From Chrysemys picta bellii (taxonomy: Eukaryota), in NCBI RefSeq assembly GCF_011386835.1, contig NC_088812.1, positions 11,842,001 to 11,906,000 of the forward strand: DNA of 64,000 nt, given 5' to 3'. Below the pieces are notes generated by a model. It ran no database searches. It saw nothing but the letters and a program-made list of their open reading frames with translations, and was not told where the DNA came from. Of this stretch, positions 1 to 11,704 are shown one piece after another. Within the stretch, counting starts at the first letter, position 1. Every line of letters begins with the position of its first letter. A program made the position numbers and the translations under genes.

Positions 1-1100
1 CAGGCCAGGGCCAAGGCCAGGAGCAACCTGGCCAAGCTCACCCTGGAGAGCAGCACTGCCCTGAAGAAGCTAAGGGGCGTCCTCGAAAAGGTAAAGGCCA
101 GAGTTCCCCTAACCCTGCAGGAGAGGCCTCTGCCCCGCCCATGGGGACCTGCTCTCCCATGCATGCCTGGAGTAGCACTGGCCAAATGCAGCTCACCGCT
201 GCCCCTGTCCAGGAGAGGCAGCAGAGAGAAGTCCCAGCCATGCAGCCTGGCTGGTGGGAGACTCGCTTCCCCCAAACCCATCATCCCTTCCTGGCCCCAG
301 GGAGACACTTCTCCTGCCGTCCCCCTGCGTTGTCAACACAATCCAGCACCCCCCAGGAAAAGCGTCCAGAGCACACTGCTCGCCGAGCTGTCCCCAAGCG
401 GCCCGCTAAGGCCTCGCTTGCCCCGCAGGCAGAGCTCACCCTGCGGCTGGCCGAGATGTGTCGGAAGCTGGAGACCGAGGAGGAGAAGGTGCTGCCGTTC
501 TACGCCTCCTCGCTGAGCAGGGAGGAGCAGGAGGAGCTGGAGCAAGTCTCCCTGGAGAAGCCTGGGGAGCAGCTGGCCCAGGTAAGGGGTGAAACCGGGG
601 TGCTGGAAGGAGGGCAGGGACCCAGACGCTGGGGGTGCCTAGAGGCAGGCTGGCATAGCTGGTGGAGCGTGTGCCGCACTGGGCGGCTGGGGAGAAGGTT
701 GCTGAGAACCAAGCGCTCTTTAATTGAGGGGACAAGCAGAACCAGATGGGTGCATTGTGGGAGCCCCCCCTCAAGCTCTCCTCTGTCCTTCCAAGTGCAG
801 CTGATGCAGGATTACCTGGGCCTGGAGCACTTCTGGCAAAGGTACAACAAGGTGAAGCTGGAGCAGCTGGCTCTGGAGCGGGAGAAGGCAGTGCTGCGCC
901 AGGAGAACCAGAAGCTGCGCTTGCTCCTCAAGCAATACCTGGACGGGATCTCGGTGAGCGACGAGGTGCTCAGCCGGCTCAACCCACTGCTCATCCTCAA
1001 CCCCAAGCCCCGTGCGCCCGGGCCCGCAGGCAGAGCCCACCGAAAACCGCCCCTTCACAACGTCATCGAGGCTGCCCACGAGGTGCCACACATCCTGTGA
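1..1100 (+). CDS. CCDC65: Coiled-coil domain-containing protein 65 / dynein regulatory complex subunit 2, last three coding exons: join(<1..90,429..581,801..1100)
   Basis: Exons translate to QARAKARSNLAKLTLESSTALKKLRGVLEK / AELTLRLAEMCRKLETEEEKVLPFYASS... / LMQDYLGLEHFWQRYNKVKLEQ...LKQYLDGISVSDEVLSRLNPL, matching the DRC2 C-terminus. GT donors at 91 and 582, AG acceptors at 427-428 and 799-800, all phase 0. Stop TGA at 1098-1100; ATTAAA near 1248. Confidence 0.93.
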   Translation, partial: GQGQGQEQPGQAHPGEQHCPEEAKGRPRKGKGQSSPNPAGEASAPPMGTCSPMHAWSSTGQMQLTAAPVQERQQREVPAMQPGWWETRFPQTHHPFLAPGRHFSCRPPALSTQSSTPQEKRPEHTARRAVPKRPAKASLAPQAELTLRLAEMCRKLETEEEKVLPFYASSLSREEQEELEQVSLEKPGEQLAQVRGETGVLEGGQGPRRWGCLEAGWHSWWSVCRTGRLGRRLLRTKRSLIEGTSRTRWVHCGSPPSSSPLSFQVQLMQDYLGLEHFWQRYNKVKLEQLALEREKAVLRQENQKLRLLLKQYLDGISVSDEVLSRLNPLLILNPKPRAPGPAGRAHRKPPLHNVIEAAHEVPHIL

Positions 1101-1631
1101 GCCGCCCCGCCCGGGGCATGCTGGGAACTGCGCTCTGCCAGCTGCGGCAGCTTGTGCCTGGCGCGCGTGGCTGGGAGAGTCGGGCGTGAGGAGCGGCGAG
1201 CGCTTCCCCGGCGGTGCTGTCCCACTCCGTGCCCATAGGAAGCTGCCATTAAAGGGTTGTAATGATCGCAGTGGTGACGCCTGACAGGGGAGTGTAGGGG
1301 AGCCGAGGGGCATCCAGGCACAGGGCTCTACCCCCGCGTTCCAAGGCAGGCTGGTAGCCCTGGTGCAGCGCTGCAGCCTCCAGGCCAGGCCCTGCCCCAG
1401 GGAAGCACGGCGCTGGGATTGCCTGATCCTGGGAAAGGGCCGGCAGGCGGCCACTGTGAGCGAGATGCCTTCACTCTCCTGCCCTGTCAGCTGGCTTGGC
1501 CAGGTTCAAGCCAGTCCTGCTGCTCCGGCCCCCTTCGGAGGGGAGCAAAGGGCTTCCCCCAGGCCCTCTTCCCCAGGGACCCTGACAAAAGCAGCCACGG
1601 AGCAGGTGCTGATACTGTGGGGAGAGGACGT

Positions 1632-4600
1632 TTATTTCTTTTTGGCCTTGTTTCTCTTCTCCTCCTTGAGCCTCTTCTTGGCCCCCCGGGAGCTGCTGGC
1701 CTTGTGGTAGAGGTGGTAGCCAATCAGGCCCAGCAGAGCCGGGATCAGCCCGATGCAGAGCAGGGGCAGCACGTCATTCGTCACCTTCTGCCAGTAGCTG
1801 GCCCGGGAGAGGCCAACCAGCTCCACGTCGAACTGCAGCACAGCGTCCGCTGGGGAGAGAGGGGGCATGGCTGAGCTGGGCCCCCCACACACGCCGCAGA
1901 GGTGGGAGTGCTCCTGACACAGCTGGCACAGGGCATGTGCTCACTGCCCAAGCTCATGGGAGGGCACCAGACAGCACTGCCCCCCCAGAGCAGGGCACCC
2001 GCACGCTGCCCTGCCCAGAGCAAACCAGAGGCAGCTGCAGCTCTGGGGAGTCCCAGCCCTGCCACGTCAGCTCTGGCAGCCTCTCCAGGCAGGCCAAGGA
2101 CTGAAGGGGCTACAGAGCCCAAGCTCCCTCGGTCCTGGTGGGCCACAGCGTCCAGCTCCGGGGCTGTCTGTCAGCCTGGCACTGAATTCACCAGGGAGCA
2201 GAATCTGTAGCAGGTGTTGCTGGGTAACCAGAGGGCTGGGGGAGACCTAACAGCAGCCTAGTGCTCTCTGCCCTGGGGTGGGGGCACCAGGGCTTGGCTC
2301 TGAGACTCAGGCCGATTAAGGAAGATCCCACGTCCAGCCAGGCTGGGCAGACACGGAGGCGGCAGTTACCTGGGACAGCAGGCGGGGATCCTCGCTTGCC
2401 GTAAGCCAGCTGAGGCGGGATGATCACCCTCCGCTTCTCCCTGCCAGGCAGAGGGAGAGGCACATCAGAGCAAGGGCCCAACCTTCTGCCCTTTGGCAGC
2501 ATAGCCACAGCCCTGCCGTTCGCACGCAGCATCCCCTGCCCAAGGCACCCCATCCACCAGGGAAGTGCGACCACTGCTGGGGTGGAGCACCGCAGCCACC
2601 CAGCACAACTCCATCACAGTTCAGGACAAGAAGTGCCTAATGCCGAATCAAACTGCAATTGTACATGGGTAGAATGTAAGCGATAGAGCTGGGCTGGGGG
2701 CAGGATGCTGAGGGTACCAGCCCGTGTCCAAGGAGAAGGGCCTGGAGGCGTTAAAATAACGAGAATGCATTAGGGCCTCCTCTCCAAGGCAGCACGTCCA
2801 GCGGCAGGTGGTTGGGGCACTGGCTCAGTGACCGAGAGCAGCTTCCTGCGTGGTTTCGCATCCAGCCCTGGGTGGGCTAGTATCAGGGCTGCATGCGCAT
2901 CTCCAAGTGCTTGCAGGCCCAACCACCTGCACCTGCCTGCAGAAACCAGTCCGCAGGAAGGGAGCGCCTCGCCCCTGCCCCCAGTGGGCAGCCCAGCCCA
3001 GAGGGCAGGCAGAGAGCGCCTCGCCCCTGCCCCCAGTGGGCAGCCCAGCCCAGAGGGCGGGCAGAGAGCGCCTCGCCCCTGCCCCCAGTGGGCAGCCCAG
3101 CCCAGAGGGCAGGCAGAGAGCGCCTCGCCCCTGCCCCCAGTGGGCAGCCCAGCCCAGAGGGCAGGCAGAGAGCGCCTCGCCCCTGCCCCCAGTGGGCAGC
3201 CCAGCCCAGAGGGCAGGCAGAGAGCGCCTCGCCCCTGCCCCCAGTGGGCAGCCCAGCCCAGAGGGCAGGCAGAGAGCGCCTCGCCCCTGCCCCCAGTGGG
3301 CAGCCCAGCCCAGAGGGCAGGCAGAGAGCGCCTCGCCCCTGCCCCCAGTGGGCAGCCCAGCCCAGAGGGCAGGCAGAGAGCGCCTCGCCCCTGCCCCCAG
3401 TGGGCAGCCCAGCCCAGAGGGCAGGCAGAGAGCGCCTCGCCCCTGCCCCCAGTGGGCAGCCCAGCCCAGAGGGCAGGCAGAGAGCCCCCTTCCTGCTCCT
3501 GGAGATGAGCACACACCGGGACCCAGGCCCAGCTTCCTGGAGAGAAAATGCAGGTACAGCGAAGGACTGGCCCCCTGCCTAGGCTCTGACCTGATTTTTA
3601 CCATGTTTGCGTCTCCAGCCCCCTGCCCACTCCACTGATCCAGCCCCGTGGGAAGCCCCATCCCGGAGCGGAAGGGGAGCGCTGAGGCCCCCCAGCTTGT
3701 CTACTGCTTTGGCCGAGAGCACGGAGCCAGGATGCCTTTCCCCAGCCACACCATCACTGCTCTCGCTAGCAAGCCAGGGCCTCACTTACCCAACGCACAT
3801 GTCTAGCAAGCTTTGCTCCAAGCCTGGGAGGAGGGAAAAACCACAGAAGAAGAGACACAAATCAGGGGGATTCTCTGAAAGGGTTCCTACCCTCCTGGGT
3901 GACGGGGCCTCTTTGGGATTGCTCTTCTCCCCACCCCCTGTCGCAGGAGGTCTCCCTTCCGAGCCCCCGGCCCCGCTGAGCTCTGGCAGGCTCACGGCAC
4001 CAGGGGGGCTAAGCTGCTGAAGGCGGCCCCAGTGAGGCAGGGACAGCGCGGGCCGGGGTGCCTAGGAAGTGGGAGCCAGGGATCTGGACGGGTCTGATCA
4101 TTCAGCAGGGTTACGAGAGAAGCCTCCCAATCGGAGCCCGGGCCAAGCCGAGGAATTCCTAATACTCCCCCACACCCCGACCCGGCGGAACATCTGCAAG
4201 GGCTGGACGTGGGAGGGGAGGTTCTGTCACACAAACACCGGCAAGGGGCGGTGGCCCCTTCACAGACCGTCACTGCAGAGAGGACAGGCAGGGGAACATG
4301 TCGGTGCGTTCCAGGGGCAGCCGGATTCGGAGCAGTGCAGGGGGCCCGTGGGGCACCTGATCCTTCCAGCCGACGCCAACAGAGACCTGCACCTTCCACT
4401 GCAGTTAGTATGTCAGTAGTACCTAGAGGCCCCTGTCGCACCAGGCGCTGAACAGGCCCTGACTGAGAGCAGCCCCCCCACTTGCCGGGGAGGTGGGGGG
4501 TTAAGTGACGGCCAAGGGCACGCACGCAGCCAATGGCAGAGAGCCCAGATCTCTGGAGGCCCAGCCCAGCCTCCTCCCCACATTGGGGCCCAGGCTCACG

Positions 4601-5585
4601 TACCAGGGATCACCTGTTTTTTACCCAGCTCCACCTGCAGGGGGTCCCGCGAGAGCGAGGTGTCGATGATCCGCCCATCCTCCAAGCTGCCCTGTGGGGG
4701 GACATTGGACACACGCGGGTAACCCCCAGCGCGGGCACCCTGCCGCCAGACCAGGGCCAGCTCGGGCGCGGGGCCCTGGGGCGAGGGAGCGCCTGCTGCG
4801 CCACCGCCGACAGACGCGCAAAGGGCCCTGCCATGGGGACGCCGGCCCCGACCCTAGGCCTCCCCAGGGTGGGCAGCGGGGGCGAGCGGGCACAGCAGGG
4901 CGGGGGGCAGACGTGGGAACAAAGCCGGGTGAAGGGCAAAGGGGGCAGAAGGGCCAGAGTTCTGCCCTGTGCCGCTGCTGGGAGGGGGACACGACTGCAG
5001 GACCCCCGACACAGGGGGCACTGTCCCCAATCTCCCCCCCCCCGGGGCACTGTCCCGTCCCCCCCACAGGGGGCACTGCCCCCCTGCCATTCCTATGCCC
5101 CAGAGACTCAGGGGCACTCCCCCGCCCCGCCCCGGGAGCCGCTCACTGCCCCAGCCGGAGGGGGCCCAGTCTCCCCCTCACCCCCGGGCACCGCCACGTC
5201 TGGGGCTCAGCGCCGCCCCCCCCCGGGCGCACGTGCGGGCCAGGTGGGAGCCGCCCCGGCCTGGCCCCGCCCCGGGCGGAAGGAGCCGCCCGTGCTGACG
5301 TGTCCGGCGGCTCCCCCCGCCCCCCCCCTTACCGTGTAGTGAATCTCCACCGTGTCCCCCAGCGCCGAGCGCGCCGCGCAGTCCTCGGGGGGCGCCACCT
5401 GCGGGGCGAGCGCAAGGGGGGGTCACAGCTCTGGCGCCGGGGTCCCCCCCGTCTCCCCCCCCCGCACCCCGTTCCGGCGCGCCCCCCCTCACCAGGGTCT
5501 CCAGCTGCGGCCCGCTCTCCTCCCGCGCCCCGCACCCCAGCAGGAGGAGGAGCAGGAGGGGGGCGGCCGGAGGGTGCGGGAGCAT
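1632..5585 (-). CDS. FKBP11: FKBP11 peptidyl-prolyl isomerase, 6 exons: complement(join(1632..1849,2370..2440,3790..3823,4604..4691,5333..5398,5493..5585)), 189 aa
   Basis: The CDS has a signal peptide ([16 protein letters not shown]), an FKBP domain ([67 protein letters not shown]), a TM segment ([10 protein letters not shown]) and an ER-retention-like tail ([11 protein letters not shown]). All introns are GT-AG, and exon lengths 93+66+88+34+71+218 sum to 570 nt in frame. Confidence 0.95.
2962..3486. repeat. 52-bp minisatellite, about 10 near-identical copies, in FKBP11 intron 4
   Basis: Unit gagcgcctcgcccctgcccccagtgggcagcccagcccagagggcaggcaga starts at 2962, 3014 and onward at a period of 52. 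Confidence 0.95.
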
Positions 5586-5958
5586 GGTCAGCACGAGCCT
5601 GCCTGGGAGCCGCCTGGCCGGGGAGTGTGTGGGGGGGGGCCGCTACCGCCTCCTCCCCCCGCCCCGCCCAGCGCCGCCTGGTGCCTTCCCACCCCCTGTC
5701 ATTCAACCCCGGCCGGGCACTTCATGCTCCCCCACCCCGGCAGCTCCGCCCCAGCCGGGCCCAGGGACACGTGCGAGCTGAGCCCCCCCCCGCACTGTGG
5801 GATGTCAGCACAGCCGCTACCCCCGCCGGCACCTGGCGTCGGGCCGGGGTCAGGGCCACCCGGGAGCCCTGGGGCCAGGCCAGGCAGCAGGACAGCGGGG
5901 GGGTCTGGCTCCAAACTCGGGGTCACTGCGGGGGGGGGGGATTGTGAGGAGTGGTCAG

Positions 5959-6237
5959 ACACACACCTGGCAAACACACCTGGCACACCTCACACACACA
6001 CACACCTGGCACACCTCACACACACACACACACCTGGCACACACACCTGGCTCACCTCACACACACACACACCTGGCACACCTCACACACACACACACAC
6101 CTGGCACACACACCTGGCACACCTCACACACACACACCTGGCTCACCTCACACACACACACACCTGGCTCACCTCACACACACCTGGCACACACACCTGG
6201 CTCACCTCACACACACACACACCTGGCACACACACAT
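5959..6237. repeat. CA-rich degenerate tandem repeat (cacacctgg / cacctcacacacac units) just upstream of FKBP11
   Basis: Repeated acacacctggcacacctcacacacac pattern visible directly. Confidence 0.9.
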
Positions 6238-7923
6238 GCGTTTAGGGCCAAAACTCCAGGGCTGGTGTAAATCACTCGCTCCCTTGGTGCCAATGGGGCC
6301 AGATCCCCAGCGGGTGTAAAGTTACTCCGTGTTGGCCGCGCTCCGGCGAAGGCTCCCCAGCGACAGCGTTAGCCGGCACAGAGCCGGGGAGCTGGGCAGT
6401 GGCGGTTCAGGAGGAGGCCAGGATGGCCTTCCCTGGGGCAGCTCCCCCCCCCCGACACACACTTTACCCAGGTGCAAACTGCTCCACAAGGTGCAAAGCC
6501 TGTTCCAGAGTGCTCAGCGCCCCACTGCTCCCACCAAACCAGCAGGGAACCCCCCTCCCCTGAGAGCAATGGGGCGTTCGTTAGTCCCCCAGCCCCACCC
6601 CGCATCACTGGCACAGGCCCAGCTACCAGCGTTAGGCTTTGGGTGGACTGGGCCTTCCGGCAGGCTGGTAGTGGGGTCCCGTCGCGTTGCCCAGCTGCGC
6701 TAACTCCATGGAAGGCCATGGCTTTGGCCCACGGGCTTGGCGAAGGGCAAGGGGAGGGGGCAGACAGCAGGGGGTTGGTTTCCTAGGGGAGGAGACGCAT
6801 GAGCCCCCTTTGCTGCGTCTCGGTCACGGCCACGGTGGGAGCTGGGCTGGTGGTAGGATGACGGCGTTGGCTCTCCAGGCTCCCGGCAGGTGACGTTTCT
6901 CTGAAAGCCCCAGTTCCCGGCACCTGCCACCTTTGGTTTTGTCAAAGTGGATGTTCAGCTGAACAGAGCTGGGCTGCGTGAGCCCTGCGGGCCCAGCGAG
7001 CGGGCCGTGAGGCGAGACCCTGCGTTGATCGTGCGTTACATCTCCCGAGTGCTTTGGGGTACAGTATATGGCAGTGGCCGGGGTGGGCTGCAACAGGGGT
7101 CTGGCAGTGCCGGCTGTCCCAGATCACCCCCTTGCGGCCAGGCAGGGCACCACCGAAGCCCGACCTTGGCTTCCCTCCACCCAGGGAAGGAACAAGTCCA
7201 TGCAGGTTTTCAGGTGTCGAAGCGCATCCCCTTTTGGGGCGGGGGTGTGTGTGTGTGTGTGTGTGTCTCCTTCACAAACAGGAAATGGCCAACGACCAAA
7301 GACCTTCATCCTGGCAGGGAGACAGTCAGTCCCTGGCCCTTCGCCAGCAGGGTCTGCTCAGCTCAGCTCCCTTCCCTGGACTCCAGGCTCCTGCCAGCCT
7401 GGGCGCCCTGCCACTGTTTGCAAGCAAGCGCCCTTCGCTGGGAACAGGCCTCCCTGGCGTTCTCCTTGCAGGAATCTCCTCTCCCTAGGTGTGCACCGTC
7501 CTGGCCCCCTGCTCCTCGGGGCACAGCACCTTCTTGCCACGGCCACGGCCACGCTATGGGCACGACCGCTGCAGCACCGCTGCTTCCTGTCGTGGCAAAA
7601 GGGGGTTTCCATCCACGTAGGCAGCCCACCGCTCTGAGCAGCGATCGAAATTCTTCCACCTGCCTGGCTGGAGCTACACCAGGGCCTCTACCCACCTCGT
7701 CTTTAAGCATAGACTAGGCCTAGGAGAGCCAGGCCTTTCGAAGCAGCTTCTCCCTGGGAGCAGGCCCCCTAACCACCCTCCGGTCACCCAGCTCCAGGGG
7801 CTCATTTGCCAATTAACCAGGAAGTGGCCACCTGGGGAATCAGTTTACCCCCAAGCAGGCCCTCAGGAGGGAGTAACAGGGGCTGGATCCTGACCTCCCT
7901 TAGTGGGGAACTCAGAGTCCAGC

Positions 7924-8690
7924 CTGGGTCCTGTGCCCTGCTCTGGGAGGGGAGTGGGGTCTAGTGGTTAGAGCGGGGGCTGGGCTGGGCACCAGGACGC
8001 CTGGGTCCTGTGCCCTGCTCTGGGAGGGGAGTGGGGTCTAGTGGTTAGAGCGGGGGCAGGGCTGGGCACCAGGACGCCTGAGTCCTGTGCCCTGCTCTGG
8101 GAGGGGAGTGGGGTCTAGTGGTTAGAGCGGGGGCAGGGCTGGGCACCAGGACGCCTGGGTTCTGTGCCTTGCTCTGGGAGGGGAGTGGGGTCTAGTGGTT
8201 AGAGCGGGGGCAGGGCTGGGCACCAGGATGCCTGGGTCCTGTGCCCTGCTCTGGGAGGGGAGTGGGGTCTAGTGGTTAGAGCGGGGGCAGGGCTGGGCAC
8301 CAGGACGCCTGGGTTCTGTGCCTTGCTCTGGGAGGGGAGTGGGGTCTAGTGGTTAGAGCGGGGGCAGGGCTGGGCACCAGGACTCCTGGGTTCTGTGCCC
8401 TGCTCTGGGAGGGGAGTGGGGTCTAGTGGTTAGAGCGGGGGCAGGGCTGGGCACCAGGACTCCTGGGTTCTGTGCCCTGCTCTGGGAGGGGAGTGGGGTC
8501 TAGTGGTTAGAGCAGGGGGCTGGGAACCAGGACTCCTGGTTCTCTTCCCAGCTCTGGGAGGAGAGTGGGGTCTAGTGGTTAGAGTGAGGGCAGGGCTGGG
8601 CACCAGGACTCCTGGGTTCTGTGCCCTGCTCTGGGAGGGGAGTGGGGTCTAGTGGTTAGAGCAGGGGGCTGGGAGTCAGGACTCCAGGCT
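7924..8690 (+). repeat. 77-bp tandem array derived from a tRNA-like SINE head, about 10 copies
   Basis: Unit ctgggtcctgtgccctgctctgggaggggagtggggtctagtggttagagcgggggcagggctgggcaccaggacgc starts at 7924 and 8001. It contains an A-box-like GGTCTAGTGG and a degenerate B-box-like GGTTCTGTGCC. Confidence 0.85.
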
Positions 8691-10914
8691 GGGTTCTCTA
8701 TGAGTGACTCACTCTGTGTGTCTTATATTTCCTCACAGGAACAGCTTTCAGATGATTAGAACTGGGGGTTAAAATGCTGACTCTCCCCCCACCCCCAAGC
8801 ACCTTCCAGCCTTGGCAGGCAGACGTGAGGTGGAGCAGAGCATCTGGGGCATGCTGAGCTTTAAGGCACCAAGCTCCCAGCACCAGAAGGTGGCAGCAAA
8901 TCATCAACAATTCCTCCCTTTCCATCCACTTCCTACAGCGGGCGCTCCTAGGGCACTGCTGGAGGGAAGCTCGCAGCATTAGCATCCCCGCCAGCCTGGA
9001 CAGGGCACTGCTGCAAACAGGGCCCCGAATGCTTGCTGAGGATTTGATTTGCCAGAGACAAAGTCAACCTAATGGCATGTTTAAGGCCCCTGACCCTAAC
9101 CGTGTTTCGGGCATCCGAAGCAGCTGCAGACGGGGAGGGACGATCTAGTGCTTGGGGCCCAGGACACCGGGTAAGTCCTCGGCCATGCTACTGCCCTGTG
9201 GGTGATGTTAGGCAAACGAGCTCATCGCCCTGGGCCTCAGCTCCTCCGTGCCGGGGCTAACGCTCCTTCCTGGCTGGAGGCAGGGACCGCATCTCACTCC
9301 GTGTCTGGGCAACTCACGGCGCGATGGGGCCCCTGAGCTCAGCCGGGCCCCCCAGACGCTACGGGAAGACAAATAATCATTTACAGAGCGGTGGCAGTAC
9401 CTAAGGCCACAGCCAGATTGGGCCCCGCCGGGCTGGGTGCTGCCCAGGGCCTGCTCCAAAGAGCTCGGAGTCTGACAGGAGAAATTCCCCACCAGAAAGA
9501 AAGGTCCGGTGCTGGTGTGGCCATGCCGGGACCCCGTGGCAGGGTCGGAGCCAGGACGCAGAGCTGGGCAGGCCATTTCCACCGCACGCACAGCCCCAGC
9601 TGGCAAGAGGCGGGTCCCTGGGGAGGAGGTTTGGGCGGATACCTGTGAATGGGGCTGGGGTGTAACCTCCATCCATGGCTCCCGAGCGCATCGCAGCACC
9701 TGCCGGGCCAGGGCCGAGGTGGGCTCCTCTGCTCTGGGGCGTGCAGACCAGGCCCGTGAGATGATGCAGCGTGTGCTGTCTGGCCCAGCAGGGCCGCGCC
9801 CGGGTCCAGCCCCACCATAGTGCACATCCGCCCAGTTCGTGACTGACCGGTGCCCTTGAGAACTGGGGCCTCGCTGAGCCGTGGCCTGGCTTGAAGAACA
9901 CTGGACTAGCTAAAGGGGGCCAGGCTGACCAGTGTGAATGCACTCGGCCACTCCCGCTGGCTGCTCCTGTCCGGGGAAGGCCCCTCTGCCCCGCTTGGAC
10001 TGTGGCCACACAAGGGTGGGGATGGGCTCGCACACTCGGTAACAGTCCCCCCCAGGCACCATGGCTGTAAAGCACCGACCCTGGTGCAGAGCTGCCGGGT
10101 CTGAGGGACCCTGGTGTGGCCAGCGCGTGTGCTCTGACGGGGCCGTGCAGGCTGCGTTCGTTCTGTGCAGGGGCAGCGCCGGGGGCCCTGCTCAGGAAGG
10201 TGCTAGGAGCTGTACAAGCGTTTCCAGCTGCTCCTCTCACCAGGGACAGCCCCAGCGAGCTGCACCCCCCAGTCATCCCGCTCAGCAGTGCCAGCTCTAG
10301 GGCTGGGCGGAGGAGCCAGCTCCGGTTGGGCTCAGCTGAAGGCTCGTGCTCCGGCCTGTGGGCACCAGCTTTGCCAGGCCAAGCAGCGTCCAGCTGGGAG
10401 TCTGCCTGTCTCCCTGCAGCACGGGGGTGTGGGGCCACCCAGCACCACAAGGCGCCGCGGGGGGCCAGAGCGTGGGCTGGGCTGTGGGGCTGGCTCCCAG
10501 GGCGACGGGATCGGCATGCCAGCTATTCCTCCGCCGGGACGCTGCTCCCATTGTCTGGGCCACGCCTGTCATTCCCCGGCCGCGGCCCCGCCACCTGCAC
10601 CCACATACCAGCCCCCGTTGCCGTGATGTGGCGAAGACGGGCTGGCGGCTCGGGCCGTGAGGCTGTAATGGGATTACGGGAGCTGGGGCGGCTCGGGGCT
10701 GCGCCCCCTCCCCTGCCCAGAGACAATGTGAGATGGATGGGCTGGTGGGAAACCGGCCCCAGCCTCCAGCCCGGGAGCGGGGAGGGGGGCTCCGGCAGTG
10801 GGGTCCCAGCAGACCCCTGAGCAAAGGCTGCTGCCAGGAAGGGACACAGGATCGGGCCCTGTCACCTCACAGCTGCTGCAGCCATGGCTTATAACAAAGT
10901 GCCAGAATCAAAGC

Positions 10915-11156
10915 AGGAGTCCTGGCCCCCTACACCCCCTCCCCCTCCCAGAGCCGGGGATAGAACCCAGGAGTCCTGGCTCCTGGCCCCCTGCATTCCC
11001 TCCCCGAGCCGGGGATAGAACCCAGGAGTCCTGGCTCCCGGCCCCCTGGACTCCCTCCCCCTCCCCGAGCCAGGGATAGAACCCAGGAGTCCTGGCTCCC
11101 GGCCCCCTGGACTCCCTCCCCCTCCCCGAGCTGGGGATAGAACCCAGGAGTCCTGG
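10915..11156 (-). repeat. Shortened SINE-head tandem array, left flank of the LTR element
   Basis: Repeated gggatagaacccaggagtcctggctcc units run up to the LTR start. Confidence 0.85.
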
Positions 11157-11574
11157 TGTGACGGAGCAGGGAGCGGGGCAGATTTGACCTGGGAATGTTG
11201 CAGGGGGATTGCAGTGGGGATGTGGGACTTCCCTTGAAGGAAGCTACCTGAGCTGTAACCTGAGCCAGGAGGGGGTGGGGAGAATTAACACCTTCTGCCC
11301 GGGAGACTGAACAAAGGAGAGGAGCAGCAGGAGGAGTTTTGGTTTAGTTTCTGTTTGGGCTGGGTGGTGCAACGCAGGGAACCCCAAGCTGGGGTCTAAG
11401 CTCCCTGAACCTCCCAGAGGGACCTAATTGAGGGGGTCTGGTCGTACCTACACGCTCTGCTTGAGACTGTGTTCCTGTCCTTAAATAAACCTTCTGCTCT
11501 ACTGGCTGGTTGAGAGTCACAGTGAATCTCAGGCAGAGGGGTGCAGGGCCCTGACTCCCCCACACTCCGTGACA
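11157..11574 (+). repeat. 5' LTR
   Basis: Runs TGTGACGGAG...CTCCGTGACA, a 9/10 terminal inverted repeat. AATAAA at 11484-11489. Confidence 0.96.
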
Positions 11575-11576
11575 AC

Positions 11577-11594
11577 TGGTGGCAGCGGTGGGAT
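11577..11594 (+). promoter_or_regulatory. Primer-binding site complementary to the tRNA-Leu 3' end
   Basis: TGGTGGCAGCGGTGGGAT is the reverse complement of ATCCCACCGCTGCCA-CCA, the 3' end of vertebrate tRNA-Leu(AAG/TAG). It begins 2 nt after the LTR. Confidence 0.85.
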
Positions 11595-11704
11595 CTACTG
11601 CACCCCGTGGACGGCGCTTCCTGCAGTAAGTGACTGGGGAGCAGTAAAACGAAGGGGGATTGACGGGGACCAGGCGTGCTGAAGAGTGAGTGGCCAGCAG
11701 GAAG

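Noticed and set aside
2770-3661. Five overlapping ORFs of 200-280 aa
   Set aside because: They are translations of the 52-bp minisatellite, open in several frames on both strands, inside an FKBP11 intron.
7924-8690. CRISPR-like or tRNA-gene-array appearance of the 77-bp repeats
   Set aside because: The context is eukaryotic, there are no unique spacers or cas genes, and the units lack a full cloverleaf with acceptor stem. They are treated as a SINE-head satellite.
9755-9850. Possible C/D-box snoRNA (ATGATG...CTGA)
   Set aside because: The C box is imperfect, there is no terminal stem and there is no host intron.
11690-11704. Track start of the gag-pol ORF at 11690
   Set aside because: That codon is GTG; the first ATG is at 11705.
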